The notes beneath the pieces were generated by a model. The model saw nothing but the letters and a program-made list of their open reading frames with translations, did no database searches and was not told the origin of the DNA. The position numbers were made by a program, and so were the translations under genes. Shown here piece after piece: positions 1-8,696 of a stretch of 32,000 nt of DNA; the stretch's first letter is position 1; each line of letters starts with the position of its first letter. The DNA comes from Nitrosopumilales archaeon (GTDB lineage Archaea > Thermoproteota > Nitrososphaeria > Nitrososphaerales > Nitrosopumilaceae), in NCBI GenBank assembly GCA_007280335.1, contig QYQE01000046.1, forward strand, positions 1 through 32,000, read 5' to 3'.

Positions 1-2
1 CT

Positions 3-134
3 AAAGTAGAAACTAAAGTAGAAGAGAAACCAAAAACAAAGAAAGAAGAAGAAAAAGTAGAAGAAAAACTAACAGCGAAGAAAGAAGAGAAACCTAAGGA
101 ATCAAAGTCTGATAAAAAGACAAAGAAAGATTAA
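3..134 (+). CDS. C-terminal end of a truncated CDS with a Lys/Glu-rich tail (KVETKVEEKPKTKKEEEKVEEKLTAKKEEKPKESKSDKKTKKD*)
   Basis: Open frame from the window edge to TAA at 132..134; highly charged low-complexity translation; converges with the minus-strand gene ending at 137. Confidence 0.6.
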   Translation, partial: KVETKVEEKPKTKKEEEKVEEKLTAKKEEKPKESKSDKKTKKD

Positions 135-136
135 TT

Positions 137-1090
137 CTATTCTATCTGTGTCAAGTTAAGATCTAATTTTATACTACATTCTGGTTCATCCCAGTCCAAC
201 ATGTTATGTTTTGGGATGAATCCGAGCGGATCGTATTTGTCAAACCTTGTCTCTCCATCTATCGACGTCAACAAAACAACTTTAGAACTTTCACCTGCCA
301 TGACCGAAAGACTTACTCTAGTGCTATCGTCATTGAAAATGCCGCTGATTGTATTTACCATGGAATTTAGCGTTCCTACGGAAACCTTGTTTCCACCCAT
401 TATGTACAACATTGTACTTTTGACACTGTTGGGCGGTGCATCCTCGTAAAGCATCTTGATAGAGTCTCTTAGGGATGTCTGTATGTCTTGGCCTTCTTTA
501 CTTGTAGAAAGAATGTTTGTTCTTAGTGGGAAGGATGTAGACTTTAACGATGAAACGACTTCAAGTAGGGCTGCATTTGTTATGGTATGGCATGTATCAG
601 GAGTAAGATCCGGGTTGCTGTCAAGTAAAGCATCATTATCTACTATTATGGTGCAGTCAGAGTTTGCCTTCAATCTCTTCAAAGATACACCTGAAAAGAA
701 GATTCTATCTTTTTCGAATTTGAATGGCATTATAGCAAAAGAAAGGACGCTCTTACCCATCTCTTTTGCAACCTGCGAGAGAATGGGTGCTAATGCAGCT
801 CCAGATTTTCCTGCCAAGTTTGCCATTATGACAATAGTGGAATAACCATCAATCTTTTCTCTAATACTATCAAGGGCACCAAATGACATGCCTCGTATTA
901 GATACGAAGATGGATTAAGAATCGGACTGGTATTAATCAAAATTTTAGAATTGCCAGAATTGAGGTCTTTTGGGTCATGGCTAATTAGAATACATTCTGA
1001 ACCAAGTGTCTCTTTGGCGTTTATTGCTAATTTGCATCCTGCTCCGCCTAATCCTACAACTAGGATAGGCTCCTTTATCTCAAATTCCAT
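137..1090 (-). CDS. Divergent FtsZ/tubulin-superfamily protein
   Basis: N-terminal VVGLGGAGCKLAINA matches FtsZ T1 loop; region LAGKSGAALAPILSQVAKEMGKSVLSFAIMPFKFE aligns to FtsZ GGGTGTGAAPVIAEIAKE...PF.FE, with the signature glycines altered. Confidence 0.8.
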   Translation of the reverse strand: MEFEIKEPILVVGLGGAGCKLAINAKETLGSECILISHDPKDLNSGNSKILINTSPILNPSSYLIRGMSFGALDSIREKIDGYSTIVIMANLAGKSGAALAPILSQVAKEMGKSVLSFAIMPFKFEKDRIFFSGVSLKRLKANSDCTIIVDNDALLDSNPDLTPDTCHTITNAALLEVVSSLKSTSFPLRTNILSTSKEGQDIQTSLRDSIKMLYEDAPPNSVKSTMLYIMGGNKVSVGTLNSMVNTISGIFNDDSTRVSLSVMAGESSKVVLLTSIDGETRFDKYDPLGFIPKHNMLDWDEPECSIKLDLNLTQIE

Positions 1091-1165
1091 GACTCTCTTT
1101 TGCTTACAAAATTAGTTAAAAAACTTTGTTGATTAGTTTTGATCCAAGCTTCGATCTAAATAATT

Positions 1166-2434
1166 TTAGCTTATGGCTTTACCATAAAGACCATGTTTTG
1201 TTGCTTTTGTGATCTCGACTTTGATTTTTTGTCCGATTTTTATGGCTTCATCAATAACTACGGGCTTGTAGGCAAAGTTTCTTCCTTTGGTGATACCATC
1301 AGCAATTTCATCAAACAAAACATCACCCCGCCAACCAACCCATTCCAGATTTCTCTCATGTATTATCTTATTTGTTAATTCAAAAATGATCTTACTTCGT
1401 CTTTTTACGTCAGAAACATCAATTTGATCCATTTTTGCAGCGTCTGTTCCTGGCCTAGCACTATATCTTGAGAGATTTGTTACATCAGGCCTTGTTTCTT
1501 CAATGAGATTTATTGTCTGTGCAAAGTCTTCCTCACTTTCAGATGGAAATCCTACTATGATATCTGTAGAAATGGTAAACCTTTCAAATTTTTTCCTAAA
1601 TGCATCATTTGTATCCCTAAACACATTTGCCGTATGGCCGCGTTTCATCTCTTTTAGAATCCGGTTACTTCCATTTTGTACTGGAATGTGAAGGAATTTG
1701 AAGACTTTGTCATTTTCAAAGGCTTCCAAGAGATCCTGCTTAATCCTTGTCATATACATAGGATTCATCATGCCTACTCTAATCATAAAATCATGTTTTA
1801 TCTCAGATACATTCTCAATAAGAGTAGGTAGGTTAGTTCCTATGTCAAAACCATAACAACCATTATCTGTTGATGTAAGCCATATTTCACTACACCCATC
1901 TTCAACATCGTGTTTTACCTGCCTTACAATATCTCCAATCCTATAGCTGTGTAACTCTCCTTTAGATAATTTGGTTTGACAAAAAGTACATTCGCTCATA
2001 CAGCCACTTGAAATTTCAACTATTCCTATCGCCGAATTCAATCTGACCTTTGGTAAACCAACTTTAGATACATCAGAGTCTGTAATCTCTATTCTCTTTA
2101 TTCCTTTTAGGGTAGAACTTATGACATCAAGAGTTTTTCCTAAAGAATTTGGACCAAGTAAACTAGCTTTTGGACTGAATCTTTCAACAGTGGATTGTTC
2201 TGCTTTAGGCAAACAACCAGCTACAACAAGTGGTTTTGTTTTCATTTTTTTAATTCTATGTATCATTTTGTGTGCAGTTACGTCTTTTACTGAACAAGTA
2301 ACAATAAGATTCAAGTCTGAATCCGATGAGCTCTGGGCAAGTGTATGACCCCCATTTAGAATCAAACCAGAAATCATTTCAGAGTCTGCAAAGCTTGCTG
2401 AACATCCATGAGCTTCAACCCAAATCTTTGCCAT
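1166..2434 (-). CDS. MiaB/MtaB-like radical SAM tRNA methylthiotransferase (archaeal/CDKAL1 type)
   Basis: IWVEAHGCSASFADSEM N-terminus, SSGCMSECTFCQTKL radical-SAM CxxxCxxC, STDIIVGFPSESEEDF, C-terminal TRAM-like region. Confidence 0.88.
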   Translation of the reverse strand: MAKIWVEAHGCSASFADSEMISGLILNGGHTLAQSSSDSDLNLIVTCSVKDVTAHKMIHRIKKMKTKPLVVAGCLPKAEQSTVERFSPKASLLGPNSLGKTLDVISSTLKGIKRIEITDSDVSKVGLPKVRLNSAIGIVEISSGCMSECTFCQTKLSKGELHSYRIGDIVRQVKHDVEDGCSEIWLTSTDNGCYGFDIGTNLPTLIENVSEIKHDFMIRVGMMNPMYMTRIKQDLLEAFENDKVFKFLHIPVQNGSNRILKEMKRGHTANVFRDTNDAFRKKFERFTISTDIIVGFPSESEEDFAQTINLIEETRPDVTNLSRYSARPGTDAAKMDQIDVSDVKRRSKIIFELTNKIIHERNLEWVGWRGDVLFDEIADGITKGRNFAYKPVVIDEAIKIGQKIKVEITKATKHGLYGKAIS

Positions 2435-2436
2435 TT

Positions 2437-3831
2437 TTATCCCAAGAATGACTTTACTTCTTTTTCACTCATCAATCCTTTTGATATTACTAACTGTCTG
2501 ATGGTCTTGCCAGTTTTCAGAGATTCTTTGTATAGATCAGCAGATGTTTGATAGCCAAGTTTAGGTGAGAGTAGTGTTACTATTACTGGACTGTTCTCAA
2601 TATATTGTTGAAGCTTTTCTTTGTTTGCAGATAATCCATCAATCAAATTATGAGAATAAATGGGAACAAAATTTCTTAGCATATCCGTTGAATCTAAGAC
2701 AGACTTTAGCATTACAGGAAGCATTACGTTTAGCTCAAACTGTCCTGCTTGGGCTGCAAGTGCAACAGTAGAATCATTTCCAATTATACTAAAACAAATC
2801 ATGTTCATGCATTCTGCAAGCGATGGATTTACTTTGCCTGGCATTATGGAAGAACCTGCATGTACTGCAGGAATGCCAATTTCTGATAAGCCAGCAACTG
2901 GACCAGATGCCATCAACCTAATGTCGTTTGAAATTCTGCCAAGTTCAACTGCCAAATTTCTAAGGGTGGAAGACAGATTTGCCACTGCAAATTTGCTTTG
3001 TAATGAATACTGCATGTCCTGCTGAGGTTTTAATGATAATCTTGTAATCTTTGCAAGCTCTGCAATGACAATATTTCTATAACCTTTTGGAGTATTTGCA
3101 CCTGTTCCAACAGCGGTTCCACCTAATGCAACAAATTCAAGTTCTTTTTTTGCTGTAACCATTGTATCACGGGCTTTTGCAATTGCGGTTGCATATGCAG
3201 CAAACTCGCTACCCAAACTAACGGGTAGTGCATCCATAAGATGTGTTCTGCCGATTTTTTTATAACTGGAAAACTCTTTTGCTTTTTTTATCAGAATTTT
3301 TATCAATTCATCTAGTACCGGAATGACTTGATTAATGTTAAACAAAATTGAAACATGCATTGCAGTTGGGAATGTATCGTTACTTGACTGTGACATGTTT
3401 ACATGATCATTTGGATGTATTACTTCATAATTCCCTTTTTTCTTTCCAAATATTTCTAATGCAACATTTGCAATTACTTCATTGGTATTCATGTTAAATG
3501 CAGTTCCTGCACCAGAGTTTATTGCTTCAACGACAAACTGATCAAGATGTTTTCCTGAAAAAATTTTATCACAGGCTTTCACAATCGCATTTCCTTTCTT
3601 GGTATCCAAAGCTTTAGTTTTCATGTTAGCAACAGCAGCTGATCTTTTGATCATTACAAATGCCATGATCAAATAGGGATGAGCCCTCTGACCAGTCACA
3701 TGATATTGTTTGATAGCTCTAGCTGTAAAAGCTCCATAATATGCATCTGCGGGAATCTGAACTTCGCCTAAAGAATCTCTATCAGTTCTAAACCTCACGT
3801 GAGAGCTAGAATTAATTTTCCTAATATTCAT
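2437..3831 (-). CDS. Class II fumarase / aspartate ammonia-lyase superfamily enzyme
   Basis: NDHVNMSQSSNDTFPTAMH and GSSIMPGKVNPS signature; some segments resemble aspartase (YYGAFTARA, SGAGTAFNMNTNEVIAN). Confidence 0.88.
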   Translation of the reverse strand: MNIRKINSSSHVRFRTDRDSLGEVQIPADAYYGAFTARAIKQYHVTGQRAHPYLIMAFVMIKRSAAVANMKTKALDTKKGNAIVKACDKIFSGKHLDQFVVEAINSGAGTAFNMNTNEVIANVALEIFGKKKGNYEVIHPNDHVNMSQSSNDTFPTAMHVSILFNINQVIPVLDELIKILIKKAKEFSSYKKIGRTHLMDALPVSLGSEFAAYATAIAKARDTMVTAKKELEFVALGGTAVGTGANTPKGYRNIVIAELAKITRLSLKPQQDMQYSLQSKFAVANLSSTLRNLAVELGRISNDIRLMASGPVAGLSEIGIPAVHAGSSIMPGKVNPSLAECMNMICFSIIGNDSTVALAAQAGQFELNVMLPVMLKSVLDSTDMLRNFVPIYSHNLIDGLSANKEKLQQYIENSPVIVTLLSPKLGYQTSADLYKESLKTGKTIRQLVISKGLMSEKEVKSFLG

Positions 3832-3907
3832 TCGCTTTTCAAAAATTACAAAAATTAATACAATATTTCAAATAAGTTGAGTTGTTTTCTATCCATTTCC
3901 CAATAGG

Positions 3908-3918
3908 TTAATATACTT
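3908..3918 (+). promoter_or_regulatory. Candidate archaeal TATA box for the nirK-type gene
   Basis: TTAATATACTT roughly 26 nt upstream of the ATG at 3939, consistent with a leaderless or near-leaderless transcript. Confidence 0.4.
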
Positions 3919-3938
3919 AAAATAGAACATTCGAGACG

Positions 3939-5273
3939 ATGAACAGACGATACAGTATACTCTCTATTGCCGCAGTTGTGGCAGTAGCAGGAATATTGTT
4001 CGCTAGTACGTATTCACAGTCAGAAATGACTGCAACAAAATACAGAGTTTCTACAGTACAGGATAATTTGGTCCAAAAAATCAATGATATGGGCGGAATT
4101 GCATTACAAATGCCAACTGCATTTGCTCAAATCCCTCTAGATCAAATTGATTCAATGGTACAACAGGGACGTCATGTAGTGGAAGTCCAATTGACAGCAC
4201 AAAGTGTTGACTTGCCCATAATGGGCGGTGGAAAATACCACGCAATGACCTTTAACGGTCAAGTCCCAGCTCCAACAGTAAGAGCTACACAAGGAGACAT
4301 TATCAAAATGACTCTCACTGTGCCATCAACCGAATTAACTGCACATGGAAACGATATGCACACATCTCAAATATCTGCAACAAACTTTGGTGCAGTTAAA
4401 CCAGGAGAATCCAAAACATTTGCTTATGTTGCCGAAGTACCTGGTACATTCAAGTACCACTGCTCAGGTGTCAATGTAGCTGCAATGGATCAACACGTCC
4501 TTTCAGGAATGTATGGATTAGCAATCGTTGATCCACTGAATGGATACCACAATCTCTTGGTTACAAAGACCAAAGTAGTTAATGGCCAAGTAGTGTTAGA
4601 CAGACAAATTGTTCCGGCAGATGCTAAAGAATTTGTGTTAGAGTACAACCAATTGTACTTGACCGCAGATGGTAGCTATGACCAACAAGCAATGTTTGAT
4701 CACAAAACAACACAAACTGTTGTTAACGGATTCGCATTTGGATATACTCCAAACGGAGACATTAACAAATTGGTCAAAGGCGACGCAAAACAGAACATCT
4801 TTGTAGCACAGCCTTGGAATGATGCATCACTAAAACAATATCAAGGACACCCGTTGTTTGTTGATACAGGTGTTCACTACAGAATCTTTGTTGAGAACCA
4901 GGGTAACATGCCCGTATTCTTCCACATAGTCGGTGAAATACTCGACCGTGTAACACAAGGAAATGTAGTACAAGCTCAGGGAACTGAAACTTGGAACATT
5001 GGTGGCTCACAAGGTGCAATAGTAGATATCGTATTTGACAATCCAGGTGCATATGTTGCGGTTAATCATGACTATGCAGCAATCTTCAGTGGCGCAGCAA
5101 CAGTATTTGTTGCAGGTGACCCATTCAAATTGGGATACGGTCCAGGCGATATGCCAAACCCATCTGATGCGGTTCCTCCATTAGGCAAGAATAGCATTCC
5201 ACAAAAGGAAGTTGTTCACTGTCTATGTACTGACGATCAAGCAGCAACTATAGCAAAACAAATCGGTGGTTAA
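3939..5273 (+). CDS. nirK: Copper-containing nitrite reductase-type multicopper oxidase (thaumarchaeal NirK)
   Basis: Signal-like N-terminus; copper ligand motifs HGNDMHTSQ, YHCSG...MDQHVLSGMYG, FFHIVGE, VNHDY; ends with HCLCTDD tail. Confidence 0.88.
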   Translation: MNRRYSILSIAAVVAVAGILFASTYSQSEMTATKYRVSTVQDNLVQKINDMGGIALQMPTAFAQIPLDQIDSMVQQGRHVVEVQLTAQSVDLPIMGGGKYHAMTFNGQVPAPTVRATQGDIIKMTLTVPSTELTAHGNDMHTSQISATNFGAVKPGESKTFAYVAEVPGTFKYHCSGVNVAAMDQHVLSGMYGLAIVDPLNGYHNLLVTKTKVVNGQVVLDRQIVPADAKEFVLEYNQLYLTADGSYDQQAMFDHKTTQTVVNGFAFGYTPNGDINKLVKGDAKQNIFVAQPWNDASLKQYQGHPLFVDTGVHYRIFVENQGNMPVFFHIVGEILDRVTQGNVVQAQGTETWNIGGSQGAIVDIVFDNPGAYVAVNHDYAAIFSGAATVFVAGDPFKLGYGPGDMPNPSDAVPPLGKNSIPQKEVVHCLCTDDQAATIAKQIGG

Positions 5274-5343
5274 AACCCCAAAATCTTCTTTTTTGTTTTT
5301 ATTTCACACAATGATTATATTCTGTACTTGATGGTTTTCTTGC

Positions 5344-6276
5344 ATGTCTATGAATCAATCCGTACTAATTTGTGATCAGGTTGCACCAATTTTAAATAAT
5401 ATCTTACAAAAAAATGGTCTGCAAATCACATACGAGCCTGAAATTACTCCAGATCAAATCAAAGAAAAGATTAGTAACTTTGACATTGTTGTAGTCAGAA
5501 GCAGAACCAAGATTACAAAAGAAATGATTGATAGAGCAAACAAATGTAAAATAATTGCACGAGTAGGCGTAGGACTTGATAACATCGATGTAGATGCAGC
5601 AAAGACAAAGGGAATTCGCGTCATCAATGCAGTAGAAGGTGCAATGAATGCAGTAGCAGAACTTGTTTTAGGATTAATGCTTTCACTAGCTAGAGAAATT
5701 CCAAGAGCTGACAGAGAAATTCGAAATGGAAAGTGGTTAAAAAAAGAACTAATGGGAACTGAGCTTTCTGGAAAATATCTTGGAATTGTTGGACTTGGGA
5801 ACATAGGAAAAAAACTTGCCAAACATGCAAGAGCGCTAAATATGAATATCATTGGATATGATGTAATTCCAATATCTGATGATTTTTCGCGCGAAGTAGG
5901 ACTAATAAAAGCAGATCTTGATACCCTAATTTCAAGTGCAGATTACATTTCTTTTCATGTTCCATTTACAGAAAGCACGCATCATCTAGTAAACTCACAA
6001 CTACTTGCAAAGATGAAAAAGAATGCATGTCTTATCAACACATCTAGGGGAGAAATAATAGATGAGAATGCATTGTATGATGCACTAAAAGAAGGAAAAA
6101 TTGCAGGTGCTGCCTTGGATGTTTTTGAATCTGAACCTGCCACTGGAAATAAACTTGCAACACTGCCAAATGTAATCTGTACTCCTCACATAGGATCTCA
6201 GACAAAGGAAGCTCAGGCTTTAGCTGCAAATGTTATAGCAGAAAAGATAATAATGATTCTTCGTGGCGTTATATAG
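5344..6276 (+). CDS. serA: D-3-phosphoglycerate dehydrogenase-like 2-hydroxyacid dehydrogenase (310 aa, short form)
   Basis: GKYLGIVGLGNIGKKLAKHA Rossmann motif, INTSRGEIIDENAL, DVFESEPA, CTPHIGSQTKEAQ. Confidence 0.88.
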   Translation: MSMNQSVLICDQVAPILNNILQKNGLQITYEPEITPDQIKEKISNFDIVVVRSRTKITKEMIDRANKCKIIARVGVGLDNIDVDAAKTKGIRVINAVEGAMNAVAELVLGLMLSLAREIPRADREIRNGKWLKKELMGTELSGKYLGIVGLGNIGKKLAKHARALNMNIIGYDVIPISDDFSREVGLIKADLDTLISSADYISFHVPFTESTHHLVNSQLLAKMKKNACLINTSRGEIIDENALYDALKEGKIAGAALDVFESEPATGNKLATLPNVICTPHIGSQTKEAQALAANVIAEKIIMILRGVI

Positions 6277-6278
6277 AA

Positions 6279-7022
6279 TTGGCATACTTGAAATTATTTC
6301 TGCCGGTATTTTTTCTACTAGGCTTATCTTTTGTTTCGGTGTTTGGTGATACTGGTAGTACCACTGTTGTATCTGGTAAATCATTTCAAATCAACTATGA
6401 CGCAAATTATGTTCAGGTTCTTAGTGCACAAGCAAATACGCAAGATCAAGGACTGATTTTTTCAATTCAAGTTACTAATCCTACATCTACATTGGAGTTA
6501 ACGCTTCCTAGGGAACTAATTGATGCTACGAAAAAAGATGGCAGTGATGATAGTTTTATTGTACTATCTGATGGAGCATTTACTTCGTATGTGGAAAAAA
6601 GCTCAGATAAAACAAGTAGAACAATTCTGATTCAACTTGCCCCTGAAAACAAAGAACTAGAGATTATTGGAACTAGTCTTGCAAGCTCAGGTAATGGTGG
6701 TGCTGGTACAACACAAACTCCATCTTCACCTACGCAAACTCCAATTCCAAGCCCTACTCAACAACAACCAAATCAAACTTCACAACAACAAAATCAGACT
6801 TCTATTCCTGCACAAAAACCAACTGCAAATGCACCTGCACAAAACCTATCTGTACAAGAACTTCTTTCAAAGATATTTCATTTCACGTTACCAAATTTAC
6901 CTTTCAATGTTGCTGATAAACAGATGATAGAATATTTGGTAATAGCGGCTGCAATTTTAATTCTAATTATAGTGATTGCATCATCAAAGAAATCAAAAAC
7001 AAAAAAACAAATTCGTAAATAG
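6279..7022 (+). CDS. Secreted/membrane-anchored protein with Pro/Gln/Thr-rich linker and C-terminal TM segment
   Basis: TTG start; signal peptide-like N-terminus, low-complexity QTPSSPTQTPIPSPTQQQPNQTSQQQNQTS, C-terminal hydrophobic helix plus basic tail. Confidence 0.7.
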   Translation: MAYLKLFLPVFFLLGLSFVSVFGDTGSTTVVSGKSFQINYDANYVQVLSAQANTQDQGLIFSIQVTNPTSTLELTLPRELIDATKKDGSDDSFIVLSDGAFTSYVEKSSDKTSRTILIQLAPENKELEIIGTSLASSGNGGAGTTQTPSSPTQTPIPSPTQQQPNQTSQQQNQTSIPAQKPTANAPAQNLSVQELLSKIFHFTLPNLPFNVADKQMIEYLVIAAAILILIIVIASSKKSKTKKQIRK

Positions 7023-7026
7023 AAAA

Positions 7027-7659
7027 TCAGACTGTCATAATTTTAGCTTTAATGAGGTATTGTATTGCTAATCCGAAATCATTATCTGAGATAAGATCAT
7101 CTGACCACCACTTTGAATTATTTTTGAACCAAGTTGGTATGTGTATTAAATTTGTTGTCTGATCATGGTAGTTTGTAACTTTGATTATATCGGTATGTAT
7201 CAATTCACGAATCAAACCTGCATAGTCATTATCTGTCGCACTTCCTTGTAACCATGTTTTTACTAGTATCTTGTATTCTGTTGGAATTGCAATTTTGTCT
7301 GAATCTATCAGATCGAAATAAACACTGGCTTTGATGCCAGAGTACTCTGCATCTATGCTATATTTTCCAGGACTATAATTTGTCTTGTAAAAGGGATATG
7401 GTGAAGTTATAGTGTAATTTAATTTGTTTATTTGAATATTGATTGGCACACTAGTCTTTCCAGAACCATCCACAACGTGGATAATTATTGGTTGGCCAGT
7501 TAATTCTGATACTCTAAATGTGATAGAAAGAAAGTCTCCATATTCGTAAGTCTGTTTGCTTGTAGAAATTGCTAGAGATGATGTTGCAAAACTATGTTGC
7601 AAACCAATAACCAATAATCCTAATGAAACAATCAAAATGATCTTTCCAAACCATGCCAT
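7027..7659 (-). CDS. Secreted protein with the recurrent thaumarchaeal C-terminal domain (IPTWFKNNSKWW...FGLAIQYLI)
   Basis: Signal peptide-like N-terminus, Ig-like middle, C-terminal Trp-rich motif seen in many thaumarchaeal exported proteins. Confidence 0.7.
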   Translation of the reverse strand: MAWFGKIILIVSLGLLVIGLQHSFATSSLAISTSKQTYEYGDFLSITFRVSELTGQPIIIHVVDGSGKTSVPINIQINKLNYTITSPYPFYKTNYSPGKYSIDAEYSGIKASVYFDLIDSDKIAIPTEYKILVKTWLQGSATDNDYAGLIRELIHTDIIKVTNYHDQTTNLIHIPTWFKNNSKWWSDDLISDNDFGLAIQYLIKAKIMTV

Positions 7660-7752
7660 AAGGAGTAAAAAAAACCATTTTCATAAATAGGCTTCTTTGA
7701 GGTTTAATGTTCAACACTAGGTTTCTAACAGAATATTAAGGGGAATTTAGTA

Positions 7753-8220
7753 GTGCCGTTTATGATTAGCCATCAGGATCAAACTTGGTTGAAGATGTGG
7801 CAGGAAAACTCTCCTGAACTGAGAGCAAAAGCAGTAGAATGGAGAAAACAAAATGCACTTACTAGAATAGATCGACCAAGCAGGATACAAAAGGCAAGAA
7901 GACTTGGATACAAGGCAAAACAAGGCATAGTTGTTGTAAGAATGCGCGTAGGTAGAGGAAACATGCGCAAGAAAAGACCAGTAGCAGGAAGAAGACCAAA
8001 GCACCTTGGTGTTACAAGAATAAAACCAGATGTTTCCATGCAACAAGTTGCAGAACGTCGTGTACTTGAAAGATTTCCAAACATGAGACTTCTTGGCTCA
8101 TACTATCTCTATAAAGATGGAATTTATCTTTGGTATGAAATAATTATGGCAGACCCATCACATCCGAGAATTTCTAAAGATAAGGAAATGCGCGGTAAGA
8201 TTGCCGGTTTGAAGAATTGA
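7753..8220 (+). CDS. rpl15e: Ribosomal protein L15e (start may be GTG 7753 or ATG 7762)
   Basis: RPSRIQKARRLGYKAKQGIVVVRMRVGRGNMRKKRPVAGRRPKHLGVTR...KDGIYLWYEIIMADPSHP matches L15e. Confidence 0.92.
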   Translation: MPFMISHQDQTWLKMWQENSPELRAKAVEWRKQNALTRIDRPSRIQKARRLGYKAKQGIVVVRMRVGRGNMRKKRPVAGRRPKHLGVTRIKPDVSMQQVAERRVLERFPNMRLLGSYYLYKDGIYLWYEIIMADPSHPRISKDKEMRGKIAGLKN

Positions 8221-8696
8221 AGATAAAAATTATCATATTTTGTATCATGATACTAGGATTGTTATCTGCACCAGCTTTTGCGGACATTAATCATCCTGGA
8301 ATAAAATGGGAATGGAAAATAAAAGCGGCAAACTACACTTACATTGTTACTACAGTCTCAAACTATGATATGAAAAATGTTATTCTAAATTCAGATAACA
8401 AGGAATTGATTTTTACCGGCAACAGTACTCACACTGATAATATTGCTGAAATAGAAATACCACATAACCTCATTGGGGGTAGTCTTACTGTTACACAAGA
8501 TGGAAAATCGATTTCACCAATTGTAATCAATGGTACTGACAGTTCCACTATAACGCTCAAATTCAATCAGACAGGCACAACTACTACGAATGTTTTGGGA
8601 ACAACATATCTTCCAGAATTTGGGGGAATTACCACACTTGTAATGGTAATCTCAATTGGAATGGTAATATTTACACTAAAAACTCGAAAGTTCTAG
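8217..8696 (+). CDS. Exported PEFG-CTERM surface protein
   Basis: TTG start overlapping the L15e stop (TTGA); signal peptide, C-terminal LPEFGG + TM + TRKF basic end. Confidence 0.7.
   Translation: MKIKIIIFCIMILGLLSAPAFADINHPGIKWEWKIKAANYTYIVTTVSNYDMKNVILNSDNKELIFTGNSTHTDNIAEIEIPHNLIGGSLTVTQDGKSISPIVINGTDSSTITLKFNQTGTTTTNVLGTTYLPEFGGITTLVMVISIGMVIFTLKTRKF

Noticed and set aside
1-134. A-rich tandem repeat array at the window start
   Set aside because: It is explained as coding sequence for a Lys/Glu-rich protein tail in an open frame ending at 134; the repeat units are irregular.
201-1115. Plus-strand ORFs 201..449, 456..845, 888..1115
   Set aside because: Shadows opposite the FtsZ-like gene, whose translation has clear family motifs; the plus-strand products are low quality and unrecognisable.
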